DNA of 62,617 nucleotides, counting the filler, from Basidiobolus ranarum (taxonomy: Eukaryota): assembly GCA_040143965.1 (NCBI GenBank). It is 13 parts of 13 records of this genome, joined end to end, with 100 filler letters (N's around TTAATTAATTAA, not from the genome) between each part and the next. Parts side by side here need not be neighbours in the genome. Positions count along the whole stretch, not along the records: positions 9,683 to 14,416 come from JASJQH010001845.1; positions 14,517 to 19,249 come from JASJQH010001846.1; positions 19,350 to 24,079 come from JASJQH010001847.1; 10 more parts are not named here. One strand, written 5' to 3'. How positions within the stretch are numbered: position 1 is the stretch's first letter; the number at the start of each line of letters is the position of its first letter. The notes under the pieces were generated by a model. That model had not been told where the DNA came from. It did no database searches and saw only the letters and a program-made list of their open reading frames with translations. Position numbers and translations under genes: made by a program. Shown piece after piece: positions 11,690-24,179 of this stretch.

Positions 11690-12040
11690 AGTTTATATAT
11701 CAGATTCGATGGAGCAATTCAGAGTTTCACGCGAGGGTGAGGGAATGAACGACCAATTCTAAATGAGTAAGTTACACACTGCCGATTGTATATTATCGTT
11801 CTTGGGTCGGGGCAGATAGTGATGATATGTATTAAGGTAGCAAAATTTTGAATCCAATTTCCTAAAACACCATCCAGGCTAATCCGAAATATACAGCTTG
11901 ATATCAGATTCTTTCATTCGCCTGTATAATTATATCACCTAATACCCTACACCTCGTACAAATATCACCATTTATCTGATCCAAGTGACGCTTGATTCAA
12001 GAAAACTATAGTGATCTAAACCATGACAAATCTGATAAAC
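11690..12040 (-). promoter_or_regulatory. sidA promoter with SreA/Urbs1/Fep1-type iron-repressor GATA sites
   Basis: ATCWGATAA at 11972-11980 (-) and 12030-12038 (+); ATCTGATAT near-matches at 11697-11705 and 11901-11909; TATA-like ATATATAAA at ~11692-11700. Confidence 0.75.
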
Positions 12041-13712
12041 TTACCAAATTCTCGTTACTAATTAATCAAGCTGCATACCCCACCCAATCATACTCTTACG
12101 CTATTCGTAACTCCAGTCGTAAACATGGATCCATGTGCAACGAATAGTGTCTTCGCTATGGATCTGCGATGGTGATGAGAGGCGAGATTGCCAAACAGAT
12201 ATATTTCTTTATGATTTATTAAAACGATGGATCTACAGCAATCCTAGCCTATGCCTGATGCGTTCCGATGGTGCTCAAGTGTCAGCTCAGAGCAAATTTT
12301 ATCAGCTCTTCAGTTGTCTAGCTCTGTTCCTATTCGTGGAAAAATGACCCGCTTCAGTGTGTGCTATATCCGCGATCTTCAGTATGAATATAGAGTACGC
12401 CGGATAAAAGCTACTATTAGCTGCAGTTTCCTTATACCCCATTGCCCATACCATAAACGATCAACCAAAGCATGTCTCCATTTGTGATTAACTGAATCGT
12501 ACCAAAAACTCAGCTCAACAACCTATGCCAACTTATTTCCAGCAGTAGTCAGGTCTAGTTAGTTGGGGCCGCGGCGAGACTTTAATCTCCCAGTTAAGCA
12601 TCATATCCTCGGGATAGTACTGTGATGTTGACATTCGATGTATGACTGAATGGCATGTAGCGATACCTGCTTAAATGAACCAAAGAGACAAGTTTTTCCT
12701 GTGTACATAGCGTACGGGAGGTATGGAAAGGTGAGGTCCCATAAAATTTTCAATGATATCTTGCTGCCCACTACTTGGTGTGGTAAAGTACCTTGGCAGT
12801 CAAGTATAACCAAAATGGTACGTGTAGTTGACGCTGTTACTGTTTAGAGTGTGAATCGGAAGTCAATTCTTCGTGAAAGTAAAGCACATTTCTTTAATAT
12901 CTAAAGCCAACGAAAAAACCTGTTGAGATCTGGAAACTATTTCATCAACGGTAGGTAATATTGACATCTTGAATACCTTAAATCCATACATCTCGAGGGG
13001 CAGGTCTGTCCCATATAGACAATCTATATTGATAGCTGACTACTGATTTATCTAAAGACACGCATAGCATGTATAACGGATACCGCACGCATGCCCCACC
13101 ATTTTATGACGATTTAATAAAATCATGCCTTTGTCACATTCTGTGATACTTGCCAGGCTTCAAAAATTTCCGGCGAAGATCGCCATTGAAGAAAGGCTTT
13201 GGTCACTAACTTCATACGAATTCTCTCAGGACACCTGGGCTAATAATGTAAAAATCTATACATGAAATAGAGCACAATTATTTCATTTCTCGTTGCTCTA
13301 TTAGAACTACATAAACACAAATGTTGAATCTTGGTTACCTCTCTCATTAGGAGTTTGAATGGATACTACTGCTAACCAGACTACCCTTTAATCATGCTCT
13401 TTAGCTATATTTACCTGAGCAAATGTCACTCATCAGACCATTACAAGCACTGATTATCGTTGATATGTCGTGAGACAAGCTTTCTCAGTGCATTCAGGAA
13501 TTTCCTTCGAGAACGTTACCGCATGTGCAGTGCTCAGGTCTATTGAGGCTATGTTAGATTAGGAAATACTCCGTACCAGAGAATCGACACTTTTAGGTTT
13601 AAAGTGAAAACGTGCTTCGTACTGGTAGTCCATGAGCAAAAAGACCCACAGAATTTCCTGAACCGAAGCGAAAAGAACATTTCCTAACAAACACAGGAAT
13701 GGTGCATATTGA

Positions 13713-14337
13713 ATCTGATAAAAAATGTAAAAGAAATTAATAGCTTGGATTTGACTTTAGGACAGGTTTGTTGTTAGATTGACTTAGTTCTTGCAAATCA
13801 TATCTAGTTCAGCACCCATTTGATCAGTCCAACTCCTCGTTTCTAGCTCCCCACAATGTATGAATCCAAGACTGAGCGAGAGTGAATCGGATATGGGTTA
13901 ATCTTAACCAAATATGGCATGAATTCACCGGTATCTTGCAATCGGTGAAAATATGTTGAATATGGACTGCATCACTCTTACTTAGATTAGGCCAGATCAT
14001 GGTGCCAAGCTATAGGTGTATAGTCACTTCAACGATGATCCACAAATGACGACGTACCCTGTTTTGAAGCCGAATGCAGAATCAAAGCCATTTGAGTGGC
14101 TATATGATTCATCGCATATGGCTCAAGCCATTTAGTGTTGAATAAAACTGATAACCGTTGTCAATTTACCAAATATGGGTCAATTCTCCCGAGTTGCCAT
14201 CTTTGTATCATTAGGCTAATGGCTGATCCAAAGTAAACTTATCAGATCAAATTCCACGAATTGTATCACACCTGGCTGTACTACATTATTGTATGTATAT
14301 GTATTAAAAGTTCTATCAGAAATCCGGAATCTGATAT
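13713..14337. promoter_or_regulatory. Second cluster of ATCWGATAA-type sites
   Basis: ATCTGATAA at 13713-13721 (+) and 14239-14247 (-); ATCTGATAT at 14329-14337. Confidence 0.55.
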
Positions 14338-14352
14338 ACCTGCTTGACTCCC

Positions 14353-14415
14353 GGGGGGGCGCGGTGGGGGGATGGGGCGGGGGGGGGGGGGGTGGGGGGC
14401 GGAGGGCGGCGGGTG
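14353..14415 (+). repeat. G-rich tract at the contig end (G-quadruplex potential or low-quality sequence)
   Basis: Several long G runs that end the contig. Confidence 0.6.
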
Positions 14416-14516
14416 TNNNNNNNNNNNNNNNNNNNNNNNNNNNNNNNNNNNNNNNNNNNNTTAATTAATTAANNNNNNNNNNNNNNNNNNNNNNNNNNNN
14501 NNNNNNNNNNNNNNNN

Positions 14517-17500
14517 CTGCAATGATTTTCCAGAAGTACCAGCACCAATAACTTCTAGTATGTATTCAGCGGGATTCTCCGACTGATCGCAGTGACGAGC
14601 ACCATTACGTTCAAAATATTCGTTCATTACCACCGAATTTTCACCGATATCTCCAAAGTAAGCTACCTTACCACCACGGGCAAGTAGTAAGAGTCGATCA
14701 AAGTGCTCAAATAAAATGGAAGAAGGTTGATGGATGGTACACACTAAAGCCATACCAGAATCCGCAAGCTTGCGAATAAATTTGATGATATTGTAAGAAG
14801 ACTGTGAATCCAAACCAGAGGTAGGCTCATCCAAAAACAAGATGGTCGGCTTTGCAACAAGCTCCATACCAATCGTTAAGCGTTTACGCTCTTCTACTGA
14901 AATTCCGACTCCCGCCTCAAGCATACCAATAAGTGCATCTCCTAAATGTTGCATTTCCATCATTTTCAAGACAGTTTCGACATACTCGTACTTCTCCTCT
15001 AACGGAACTTCCATAGGTTGACGCATTTTAGCTGAGAATTGTAAAGCTTCACGAACAGTCAAATAGGGATTATGAACATCCATTTGTTCGACATATCCAG
15101 TGATACGTTCAAAATCTACATTTAGGGCATTTCCGTTCAAGAAAATATCTCCCTCTATAACGCCAATGGTTTTTCTTTTGGCAAGTACATCAAGCAACGT
15201 GGTTTTACCAGCACCAGAAGAGCCCATAAGGGCGGTCATCTGTCCTGGCTTGATCCAACCTTCACAGTTGTTTAGAAGTTGCAACTTTCCACCTTGGAAA
15301 GGAACAGTATAATTAACACTGTCCCAAGTAAATATTCCAGCTTCAGCAGCAAAGCTGTTACCCATATTGTCATAGGCTTGTTGAGCTTCTTGGACCCGCT
15401 TTAGTTCTTCTTCATCGGAGTGAATAGGGGCTTTTCCGGCTTTGTAAACCTTTTTAACAAACCCACCAGTAACCCAGTTTATCTTTTCCATGGCAAGCAT
15501 ATTGCAAGCTACAAAGAATAACCAAAAGAGGAGTACAGCAATAATATCGACGCTCATTTGTGAGGATATGTATCCATAGGCAGCTTCAAGGTAGGCCTCC
15601 CCTGTAACAAATAGTTCACCAGGTTTAGCACCAGCAAGAACACAGACCTGATGAGCTGCATCATCATAACCTGGTCCACTAGGTGCCAAACCTAAAGGCG
15701 GAACGCACGGGAACTTAAGTCCACGCATTTCGTTGGTGAACAAGGCTTTAAAGGCATAAGCATAGGGATCGATCCAATAAATCCAGTATAACTAGAAATG
15801 TCGTTGGAATTTAGTATTGTTCGTTATTTGAAAATAACTCCACGAGAGAAAATACGTACCCAAGGATGCATCTTATTATATGGAATGGAGTAACCGCAGT
15901 ATGTAATTAGCGTAATCAGGCATATGCCTGTGAGCTGGAATGCAACAAAAATCGAAGGACTACAATTGCCGAGTAATCTGATATTACGACGAATCAAATA
16001 TAATGAGTGTTAGTTCAGCGTGATTTCAATGGAAAACGCGATGTTCCTTACCTGAAGAGATCTGTCGTAGTTAAGGTTATCAAAACATTGGTAAACAAGA
16101 AAACGAAGAATTTACCGGCATCTCTGTCCAAACCAAACATGAAATATGCAATTATTGAATACATCAGGCACTGGACAAACACAATGGGTATATCTGTAAC
16201 CACACGAGCGATGTGAAATGCTGATGGATGATACATGGCGTAGGATTTATGTTTTTGCAATGTCATACGACCTGCTAGAACGTTGGGTAATTCAGCTTGA
16301 GATAAAAAGGCATTGAATAGAAGAGAACTCAGGAGTGCGCCACCTCTTTGGAAGGCACCAGTAGAATTCAGACTCATCATGTAAAAAACAGAGCCGTAGA
16401 CGAAACCTTGGATTAAGACGGAAAGGTAGCGCTCGTATAGTGCATGCTTGTCTCCCCATAAGATTTGGAATTGACGTATAGTAAGAGCAATCACTTGTTC
16501 GTAGAAATTGGTAGAGTAAACACTGCTATTGGGGACACCTCGCTGTTTAATTTCTTTTACATATTCTTTGAATTCGGCTGCAGGTTGTTCCTTTTCTATC
16601 CTAGCCTCATAGTCGCTCATGTTTTGAAGTAGAACCTTATAATCTTGAGATTCCTGGAAATATCTTTCGAATTCTTCTGGGCTCTCTGGCACTTTGCCTT
16701 CGAATCCTTCAACAACAATACGTTCATTTGGATTTGTAATGCCAGTCAGGAAATCAGGAATACTCTTTCTTGGCTCACAGGTGTAGCCCATCTCCATGAA
16801 ATAATCTTTTGCCCGATCTCTTGGCCCAAAGAAGATACAACGACCCAGATAAAGCAACATGACTTTATCGTAAAGGTTGTAAATACTATCAGAAGCCTGG
16901 TATAGTGTAGAGATTGTGGTTTTGTTCAGTGAATCGCATTGAATACGAAGCGATTTATTGTAATCCAGGGCACTGGCGGAGTCGAGGCCTCTGGTTGGAC
17001 AATCCCAAGTTGCGATCGCACTACGAGCGGTCATCGCTTCGGAAATGGTCATACGTTTTCTCTCACCACCCGAAAGTCCTCTTACCCAGGCGTTACCAAC
17101 AAGCTGAGAGATTAAAAGGAATCCTGTTTAGAAGATGATGGTTCATTGCTTGTATATTTGAGATAGTACTTACGGTATTTTCTTGCTTCTTTAAACCAAA
17201 GATTTTCAACAGCGTATTCATGAAATCTTCCTGGAAATCTCTACGGCTGATCCCAGGTAAACGGTGAGCCGGGGTCTTCATCTTTAATGCAAAACCCAGA
17301 GTCTCCTTGACAGTCAATTCTGGATAATGTGCATCTTCCTCCATACAATAAATGGCTTCACCGAGATATTTACCGAAATTTTTGGCAGATATACCGCCAA
17401 ATTTCACATCACCAGTGATGTCAAGAAATCCTTGTCTAGAGTTTGCAAGAACGCGTAGCAAACTCGTACAGCCAGAGCCAGGTCTACCTAGTACCAATAG

Positions 17501-18069
17501 CATCTCACCCTCTGGACAATAACCAGTAACGTTGTGAATAATGTCAAATTTAGTACCCTTTTTGGTCTCATGAAACCTATCATTCCGATTTCATATTAGC
17601 GAACATATTTTTAAAAATAGGGAAATCTAATGACGTACCACCACAAGGGATTAAGCATGTTGCCAATGGCTTTGAGAGGACTAAAGAGAGTTAGTATGCT
17701 GGAAGCATCACTGCCTTCCCCGACGATGGTGAGATTTTTGAAGGTCACACCCATATGATGTCTACGAATGCCATTCTGGTCAGCAGCACGTACACCAGAT
17801 TCCAAATAATCTTGGAAACTGAATTCTTCTTCTTGTTGAGGGCCCTTTTCAGGATCATTAGGATACATTGATTGAGTTTCCTTCAGAGAATGCTTCGTGG
17901 AAGCTCTCGATATCCGCCGCTCAAGATCGCGAAACATCTCAGTACTGCGCTCTACCTCAATACTTTCATCGGACGTGTTTATGTATGTACTATGATCATC
18001 TTCGTCTAAAGCGTGAGATTGTGCATTTTCGGGACTTGAGTTGGGCAACTTAGCAGGTTGTTGTGCCAT
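14517..18069 (-). CDS. Full-size PDR/ABCG transporter (NBD1-TMD1-NBD2), 3' truncated; introns 17577-17638, 17104-17173, 15978-16051, 15792-15859
   Basis: Degenerate Walker [10 protein letters not shown], then GLSGGERKR and [15 protein letters not shown] region, [35 protein letters not shown] and CTIHQPS; GT-AG introns with CTAA-type branch sites keep the frame. Confidence 0.96.
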
Positions 18070-18169
18070 GACTCTCGGATAGCTATATTGTTGTTAAACT
18101 TAAAGGCGATGAAATGTCTCCCACAATTACATTGGGTCTTTTATATGTAAATAAATTATTATCAGCCAA

Positions 18170-18227
18170 AACAGATAAAGCGGTCAAAGCATAAATCTAA
18201 CAGATAAAGCGGTCAAAGCATAAATCT
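18170..18227. repeat. Perfect 29-bp tandem duplication in the ABC promoter, each copy containing GATAA
   Basis: AACAGATAAAGCGGTCAAAGCATAAATCT occurs twice. Confidence 0.95.
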
Positions 18228-18380
18228 AACTACAAATCAATGATTAAGTATGTTCCACCTAACACGTTGAGTAGTTTTACCGGCATCTTAACGCTATCAA
18301 TATCATGCTCTAGTATCGCATTCTGTTATCATCTTAGTTATCCTAACCCTACTCTGTTATTATGATCTAAATAGTACAAT

Positions 18381-18912
18381 GAGCAATCAAAGCAGAGAGC
18401 TACCCGCTATGTTGGACTACTTTCATCGGTTATCGGTTATCGGCTATCGGGCCTTGGAGTTAAATTGGTATCAATTGATGTTAATCAGGGTTTATCTTTT
18501 CCACTAGCATGTAAAATCCATTTACCCTCAAGCTTACTTTTACCATTCGCAATAGGAACTGCGGATTCATTTTCGGCATATTTTTAGAATGTTGGGAAAT
18601 TGGTAGTAAATACAATTCGTGGATGCTAAATAGTTCAGCGAGCAATCAAATCGGAGAGATACCCGCTATGTTGGACTGCTTTCATCGGTTATCGGCTATC
18701 GGGCCTTTGAGTTAAATTGGTATTCATTGGTGTTCATCAGGGTTTATCTTTTACACTAGTATGTAAAAATCCATTTACGCCCAAGCTGACTACTTGCAAT
18801 CGGAACTGCGGATTCACTTTTCTCACAATGGGAACTGCGGATTCATTTTTTGGGATATTTTTATTGATTGTTAGGAAATTGGTAGTACAGACAATATGTG
18901 AACACTAAATAA
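18381..18912. repeat. Diverged tandem duplication of about 259 bp upstream of the ABC gene
   Basis: GAGCAATCAAA starts both copies (18381, 18640); both carry tacccgctatgttggact, (ATCGGTT)n, cagggtttatcttt and ggaactgcggattca. Confidence 0.93.
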
Positions 18913-18927
18913 CTGAATGGTTAATAC

Positions 18928-19090
18928 TATTGACATTAACATAACCTAAATATCTATAGTAATATATAGCTTAGTACTTGGTTATTTCTTATGTTGCTAA
19001 GATATCTCAAGAGGAATGTACTTTGAAGATATACAAATTTTCAAAACTTACAGTATTTTCACAAGGAACTTTGAAATTATCAAAATCCTA
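18928..19090 (+). repeat. Copia LTR family C fragment
   Basis: atatatagcttagtactt block shared with the reverse complement of 44120-44180. Confidence 0.55.
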
Positions 19091-19349
19091 CACATGAAAC
19101 ATTATTATTATGCTATTAGATGTAACTATATATTTAGGTAATACTCTATAAGTTGGTATTATATCATATGTCAACGCCGATCTCTCACACAATTCGGAAC
19201 TGGTTGTGAAAATCGGGTTTATTTAGTAGGTTTCCCTTGATAAAATGGGNNNNNNNNNNNNNNNNNNNNNNNNNNNNNNNNNNNNNNNNNNNNTTAATTA
19301 ATTAANNNNNNNNNNNNNNNNNNNNNNNNNNNNNNNNNNNNNNNNNNNN

Positions 19350-19846
19350 AACTTGACATTCCATCTGGTGTTGACCATGCAGATATCTGGGAAGAACTCA
19401 ATACAGAGTGGCACAATATTGCAGGGTATCTGCCAGATAGCTGGAACAATGTTGATTCAGGAATGTTAATACAATGGTGGGCTTTGATGGAGATATTGAT
19501 ACAAACCTGTATCGGGTATGAGCTACCCCTTGGTTATGAAGAACTCTATAAAAATATTCAGGAGAATATATGAAAGTAACTAGGGATTTTGAAGGTGCCA
19601 AATTAGCATTCAAGTGGTAATTGTGTAAAATTTGAGTTATGTTTTTTGCACATATGTTGATCCATAGTTCTCTGAGATTGTAGCCAACTATGTGTAACTA
19701 CTTTGCAAGATCTTGAAATTTCACTCATGAAACTGAAAAAATTCATTAAAATTAAATCTAACTTCATGACTTTATGATGATAAGTAAACGGTCAATCCCA
19801 AATGGATTAAAACTGTGATAGTTTTCCTACAATATCAATCCTCAAA
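19350..19846 (-). repeat. Gypsy LTR family D (partial) with polypurine tract; inverted homolog of 45990-46480
   Basis: Ends TCCTACA at 19831, then atatcaatcctcaaa (reverse of a PPT-like TTTGAGGATTGATAT); long similarity to the sequence from 46004. Confidence 0.8.
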
Positions 19847-21139
19847 TTACTGTTAGAGACACAATGGTTTTTTTTGGAAATATCATGCCAGCTTGTACCA
19901 AGTTACTCAATTAGGTATTGCCAAATAAGATTTTGGATAACGGCCAATGCAAGCTCCTCCCCTACTTAGTTACTTACCAATTATTGAATGTGTGACAAAA
20001 TAGAGTATACACTGTAATTGCTCATTGAAATGTGTAACAAAGACATCAGCATGTATATAGGCCAATTGTCTACCTCTCACTCCTACAATATCCTGATCTT
20101 AAATTTGGCCCAACAGTTCTTGCATTATCAAACACCAGCAGTTTGGACATTTTGGTGGTAAATTACAGCACTTGGGAATGATTTGCTCTGCTGTAGACTA
20201 GTCTTGCTCAGGATGGCTTCATCCATTATTTTTAGATCTGCAAATTTTGCACTCAATCATGGAAGCTCCCAGTTAGGTTGGAATTTGAACAAATTAATCC
20301 ATGTCAAGCCAATACAGCTGCACAAGCTTTTTATTAACATGCCTTTTTCATTTATTTGCAGTGAGATTGCTTGAATGAAAAGGATATTGTTGCATTGTTT
20401 TGATATATGGCAATTTTACACTATCAATGTTCTATAAATACATAAGCAACAATGATCTAACTAAAGCAATTCAAGCCATATTTAACTGCAATCCATTTCA
20501 AGCTTGTCAAGTGTATCAATAACTTTCACATGTCCAAGCAAGAATTCATAGTGCATACCTGGGTATGTGTAAAACCATTGGGCATGTACTACTATGTGCC
20601 ACCTACACCTTGTGCTGACAGCACACACAAAATCCTGGAAGTGGTGGTTTCCTTTACCAAATTAGGTTGTGAATCAGGAAAAATCTGTTTTGACATGATA
20701 CATAATCCCCATATATATCTATGATGTTAGACTTTATTGGTTTCAAACAGAATTAGGGATCCTTTCTATATTTGTTAAAATGTCAAAGTTAATTTCCTAC
20801 AGTGTCATCAATCATAATGCATTCCACATTGAGCCATTTTGGTATATACATATAATAAATTGATTCAGATCAAGCTATGATTAACTTTGTGATGCAGTTT
20901 ATGACATGATTTCCAAGCAATCAAACATAATTAAAATGATGAGGACAATTAATGGAATAAATATATTACCATACAGAATATTGGGAGTTCAACCAAGATT
21001 ATTAAAATACATAGATAAATATCATTTACAAAAAAGATCAATCCAAATTTTGCTGGTTCATTTAAAAATAGTAATATGCTCTCCATCTACATTAAATGAT
21101 CAATCTTCATTAATACAAAAGCATCCACTGTACTTCTAT

Positions 21140-22960
21140 TGAAAGTAACTTATAGCTTGATAATTTGAATAGTGCTTTAGCTCAAGATTTGGTTAAAATG
21201 TTAGCAATTGTTTCTTCAGTAGGGCAATAGATAAGTTCAATTATATCATTCTCTATTGTTGAAATTAGGTAAATAACAACTCATTATTTAGTAGTTAGTT
21301 TATTCATATTCAGATTATTTAGTACTTAATTCTGTCATTCAAAAACATGTGTTTATTGCTCTAATTGATAGAAATATCAATTAGATCACTTTTACCAATT
21401 TTCACTATTTTCTCAAAACTTCTCCAAATCACCTCAAATTTTCACACATGCTTAACAGGCATGTTTGTTATGATCTAAGCACGTCCAATAGTTTTATTTC
21501 ATAGTAAACTATAAATAGGACATATTCAATTCAATAAAACTTAAGTGTCTAATTCACAAATCCAAATCTTGTCCAAAACACTTCCAATTCCCCTAAACAC
21601 TTTTATCATCTATTGCTTCTCTAACAAAATGAAGACTAATAACCATATGTTTGTTCTAGCATGAAATGTAGAGTTTTAGCTAATGACAAAAAACCTTCAC
21701 TATCTTGAAATACAATAACAGCACATTTTTGAATGCATCCTGAGCATGCAAATAACTTCCTCAATCACATGGCTCCTTGTATAGGAGCAGAGCCAGCCAT
21801 ATACTCTGCTTTTGTAATTAAACATGCTATAGTTGGTTGCTTCTTACTATTGAAAGATATGGCTCCATTACCATGGAGAAAAGTGTGTGCAGTTGTTAAT
21901 CTTCAATCATCAAAGTTACCCCCCAGTCTGCATCACTGTAGCCTTCAAATATTTGGGCATCAGCAGTGCAAGAGTATTGGAGAACTAGATCTACCCTTTC
22001 TCTCAATTATCTAAGAATTTGTTTACTTCAGTTTTGTGCTCAGATCATACATTTTTGACATATAGGCTGATAGTTCCCACTGTCATTGCCAAGCCTGGAT
22101 CTGTCCCAGTAATTGCGTACATTGAAATACCCATCATGGATTGAGAAGGGAACTCCTAACTTTGAATTGAGTCATTTTGGGCCCAACTAGATGAAACTTT
22201 AATCAATTTCACATTGGGATTCATTGGTGCTGATACAGGCTTGCTATACTGCTTGTTGAAGTGCTTTACATATAGGATATATCAAGCTTGATTCAGTATA
22301 ATTTTCTAATTGGGTTTATCTTTCTTGATTTGGATTCCAAGAAAGTAACATAATTCACCCATATCAGTCATCTGAAATTGGTTTGATAAGCTGCTCTTTG
22401 TCTGATTAAGTGCTTCTAGATTGTTTGTGGCTATGACCAAGTCATCCACATGTAGTGCCAAGATCAGGATCCTATTTCTGGTTTCTTGATGCATATACTG
22501 TGATCTGCTGTGCATTTTTGGAATTCCAGTGATTCCTAATAGGTATATATCTTGTTCTAACAAGCCCTGGGAGCTTACTTGAGTCCATGCAGGAATTATT
22601 GCAGTTTACACAACTTATTGGGGTGCTTTAGGTCATCAAATCCATCTGGTTGCTCCATATAGATCTATTCATCTAGATTCTCATTCAGAAAGGCTGTTGT
22701 TATATATATTTGATGCAAACTAAGATTAAGGACAGCTGAGAGTGCTAGGAATGATCTAATGAAGCTAACCATAGCAACCAGAGCAAAGGTTCTTTTAATA
22801 TAAACTCCTGGAGTCTGGGAATAAACTTTGGCAACTCACCTTGATTTGTTTCTTTCTACATTTTTGTCAGCTTGGATTTTGACCTTGTACACAGATTTGA
22901 ACATATAGGCTTTCTCCCTGATGGTAGTGGACCTAAAACCCTTTTTTGATTGCTGCAAGT
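21140..22960 (-). mobile_element. Degenerate Ty1/copia RT-RNase H, split by a solo LTR
   Basis: ILALHVDDLVI, FQMTDMGELCYFLGIQI, IYMEQPDGF and ELIYCPTEETIANILTK; multiple stops. Confidence 0.92.
21257..21608 (+). mobile_element. Solo LTR, copia family A, 352 bp, with 5-bp target-site duplication TCTAT
   Basis: TGTTGAAA...TTTTATCA; TCTAT at 21252-21256 and 21609-21613; the RNase H frame resumes on both sides. Confidence 0.93.
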
Positions 22961-23089
22961 GAAGAGAACTCATCAGAAACTGCTTTTTCCCATACTTTGA
23001 CTCTGAACACTCCCATGTTTAAGAATAGTTCCGGTTCCCTTGCTAATTTCTCCTACTGTCTACCAGTTATCTTACCAACATTTTTGCAT

Positions 23090-24079
23090 CCACAGAGAAG
23101 TTTTTAGCACAAGACTCTTACCTTTTGAAGTTCAAGATGCAAATGGTGCTACTAGACAAGGACCTTAGGGGATTTGTTACAGGAGAAAAAATAAAGCCAA
23201 AGGGACCACCAGAAGCTGTCCCTGCCTGTCACAAGAAGCAGAGGAAAGCATGCTCCACACTTTATCACATCTTTGAGACTCTCAATCAAGGCACACACAA
23301 TCAGCCAAAAGTGTCCAAAATGCTTTGGAAATACTTGAAGGACTATATGAGACTAATAGTCTGGCTACTAGGCTATATCTTAGGCAAATATTATTCTTAA
23401 TTTAGATGAATACTGATGATTCCATGCTTGGTCATATCAATTGGATCAAAACCATGGCAGATCAGCTCTTATCCATTGAAGCAACTATGAATGAAGATGA
23501 CTTAGTCATGACAGTACGTGTGAGCCTGCTAGACAAGTTTGGGAACCTCATAATTGCCCTAGAGTTAAGATCAGAGCCATTAACAATGGAATATGTTGGT
23601 GCCTGGCCTTTGAATGAGGAATTAAGGAGATCCAAACCTCAGCAAAAGAATGCAGAACAGGCATTTTTTGGATATGTGAATGTCCAACAGGCTTCAATAA
23701 AGGTGCCCCTAATAGGAAAAGAATTATCTGCAAGTATTGCAAGAAACCAGCCCATTTAATCCAATATTGCAGAAAAAGGATTTTTGCCCAAAAGCTAAAA
23801 TTGGAACAAGAAAATCAAATAAGCACTGATAGGGATCAACTATTGGTGTCTGCCTTTCCAGTAACCACAAAATAAGACTCAGAAACATGGTACATTGATT
23901 CAACAGCTTTCTAACATATGCCAAATAAGAAAGATTGGTTTTCCCGCTTAAAACCCATCCAAACAAGTAAAGTGTACTTAGGTGAAGACAATGCACTAGA
24001 TGCAGTTGGTAAGAGCACAGTTGTGCTCAATTTGGACCAAAATTCAGCTACCCCTTCTGCAAAATTGGATGATGTACTC
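23090..24079 (+). mobile_element. Degenerate copia gag-protease
   Basis: FKMQMVLLDKDLRGFVTGE, UBN2-like DDLVMTV..SLLDKFGNLIIALE, zinc-knuckle relic CKYCKKPAH, protease WYIDST..HM. Confidence 0.9.
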
Positions 24080-24179
24080 NNNNNNNNNNNNNNNNNNNNN
24101 NNNNNNNNNNNNNNNNNNNNNNNTTAATTAATTAANNNNNNNNNNNNNNNNNNNNNNNNNNNNNNNNNNNNNNNNNNNN

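Noticed and set aside
9683-18069. sidA fusion plus ABC transporter as a siderophore gene cluster
   Set aside because: They are on different contigs that are adjacent only because of size sorting
20130-21140. Possible MULE or hAT transposase relic (RCRWHI, IFPDS fragments)
   Set aside because: The fragments are in different frames and too short to support a call
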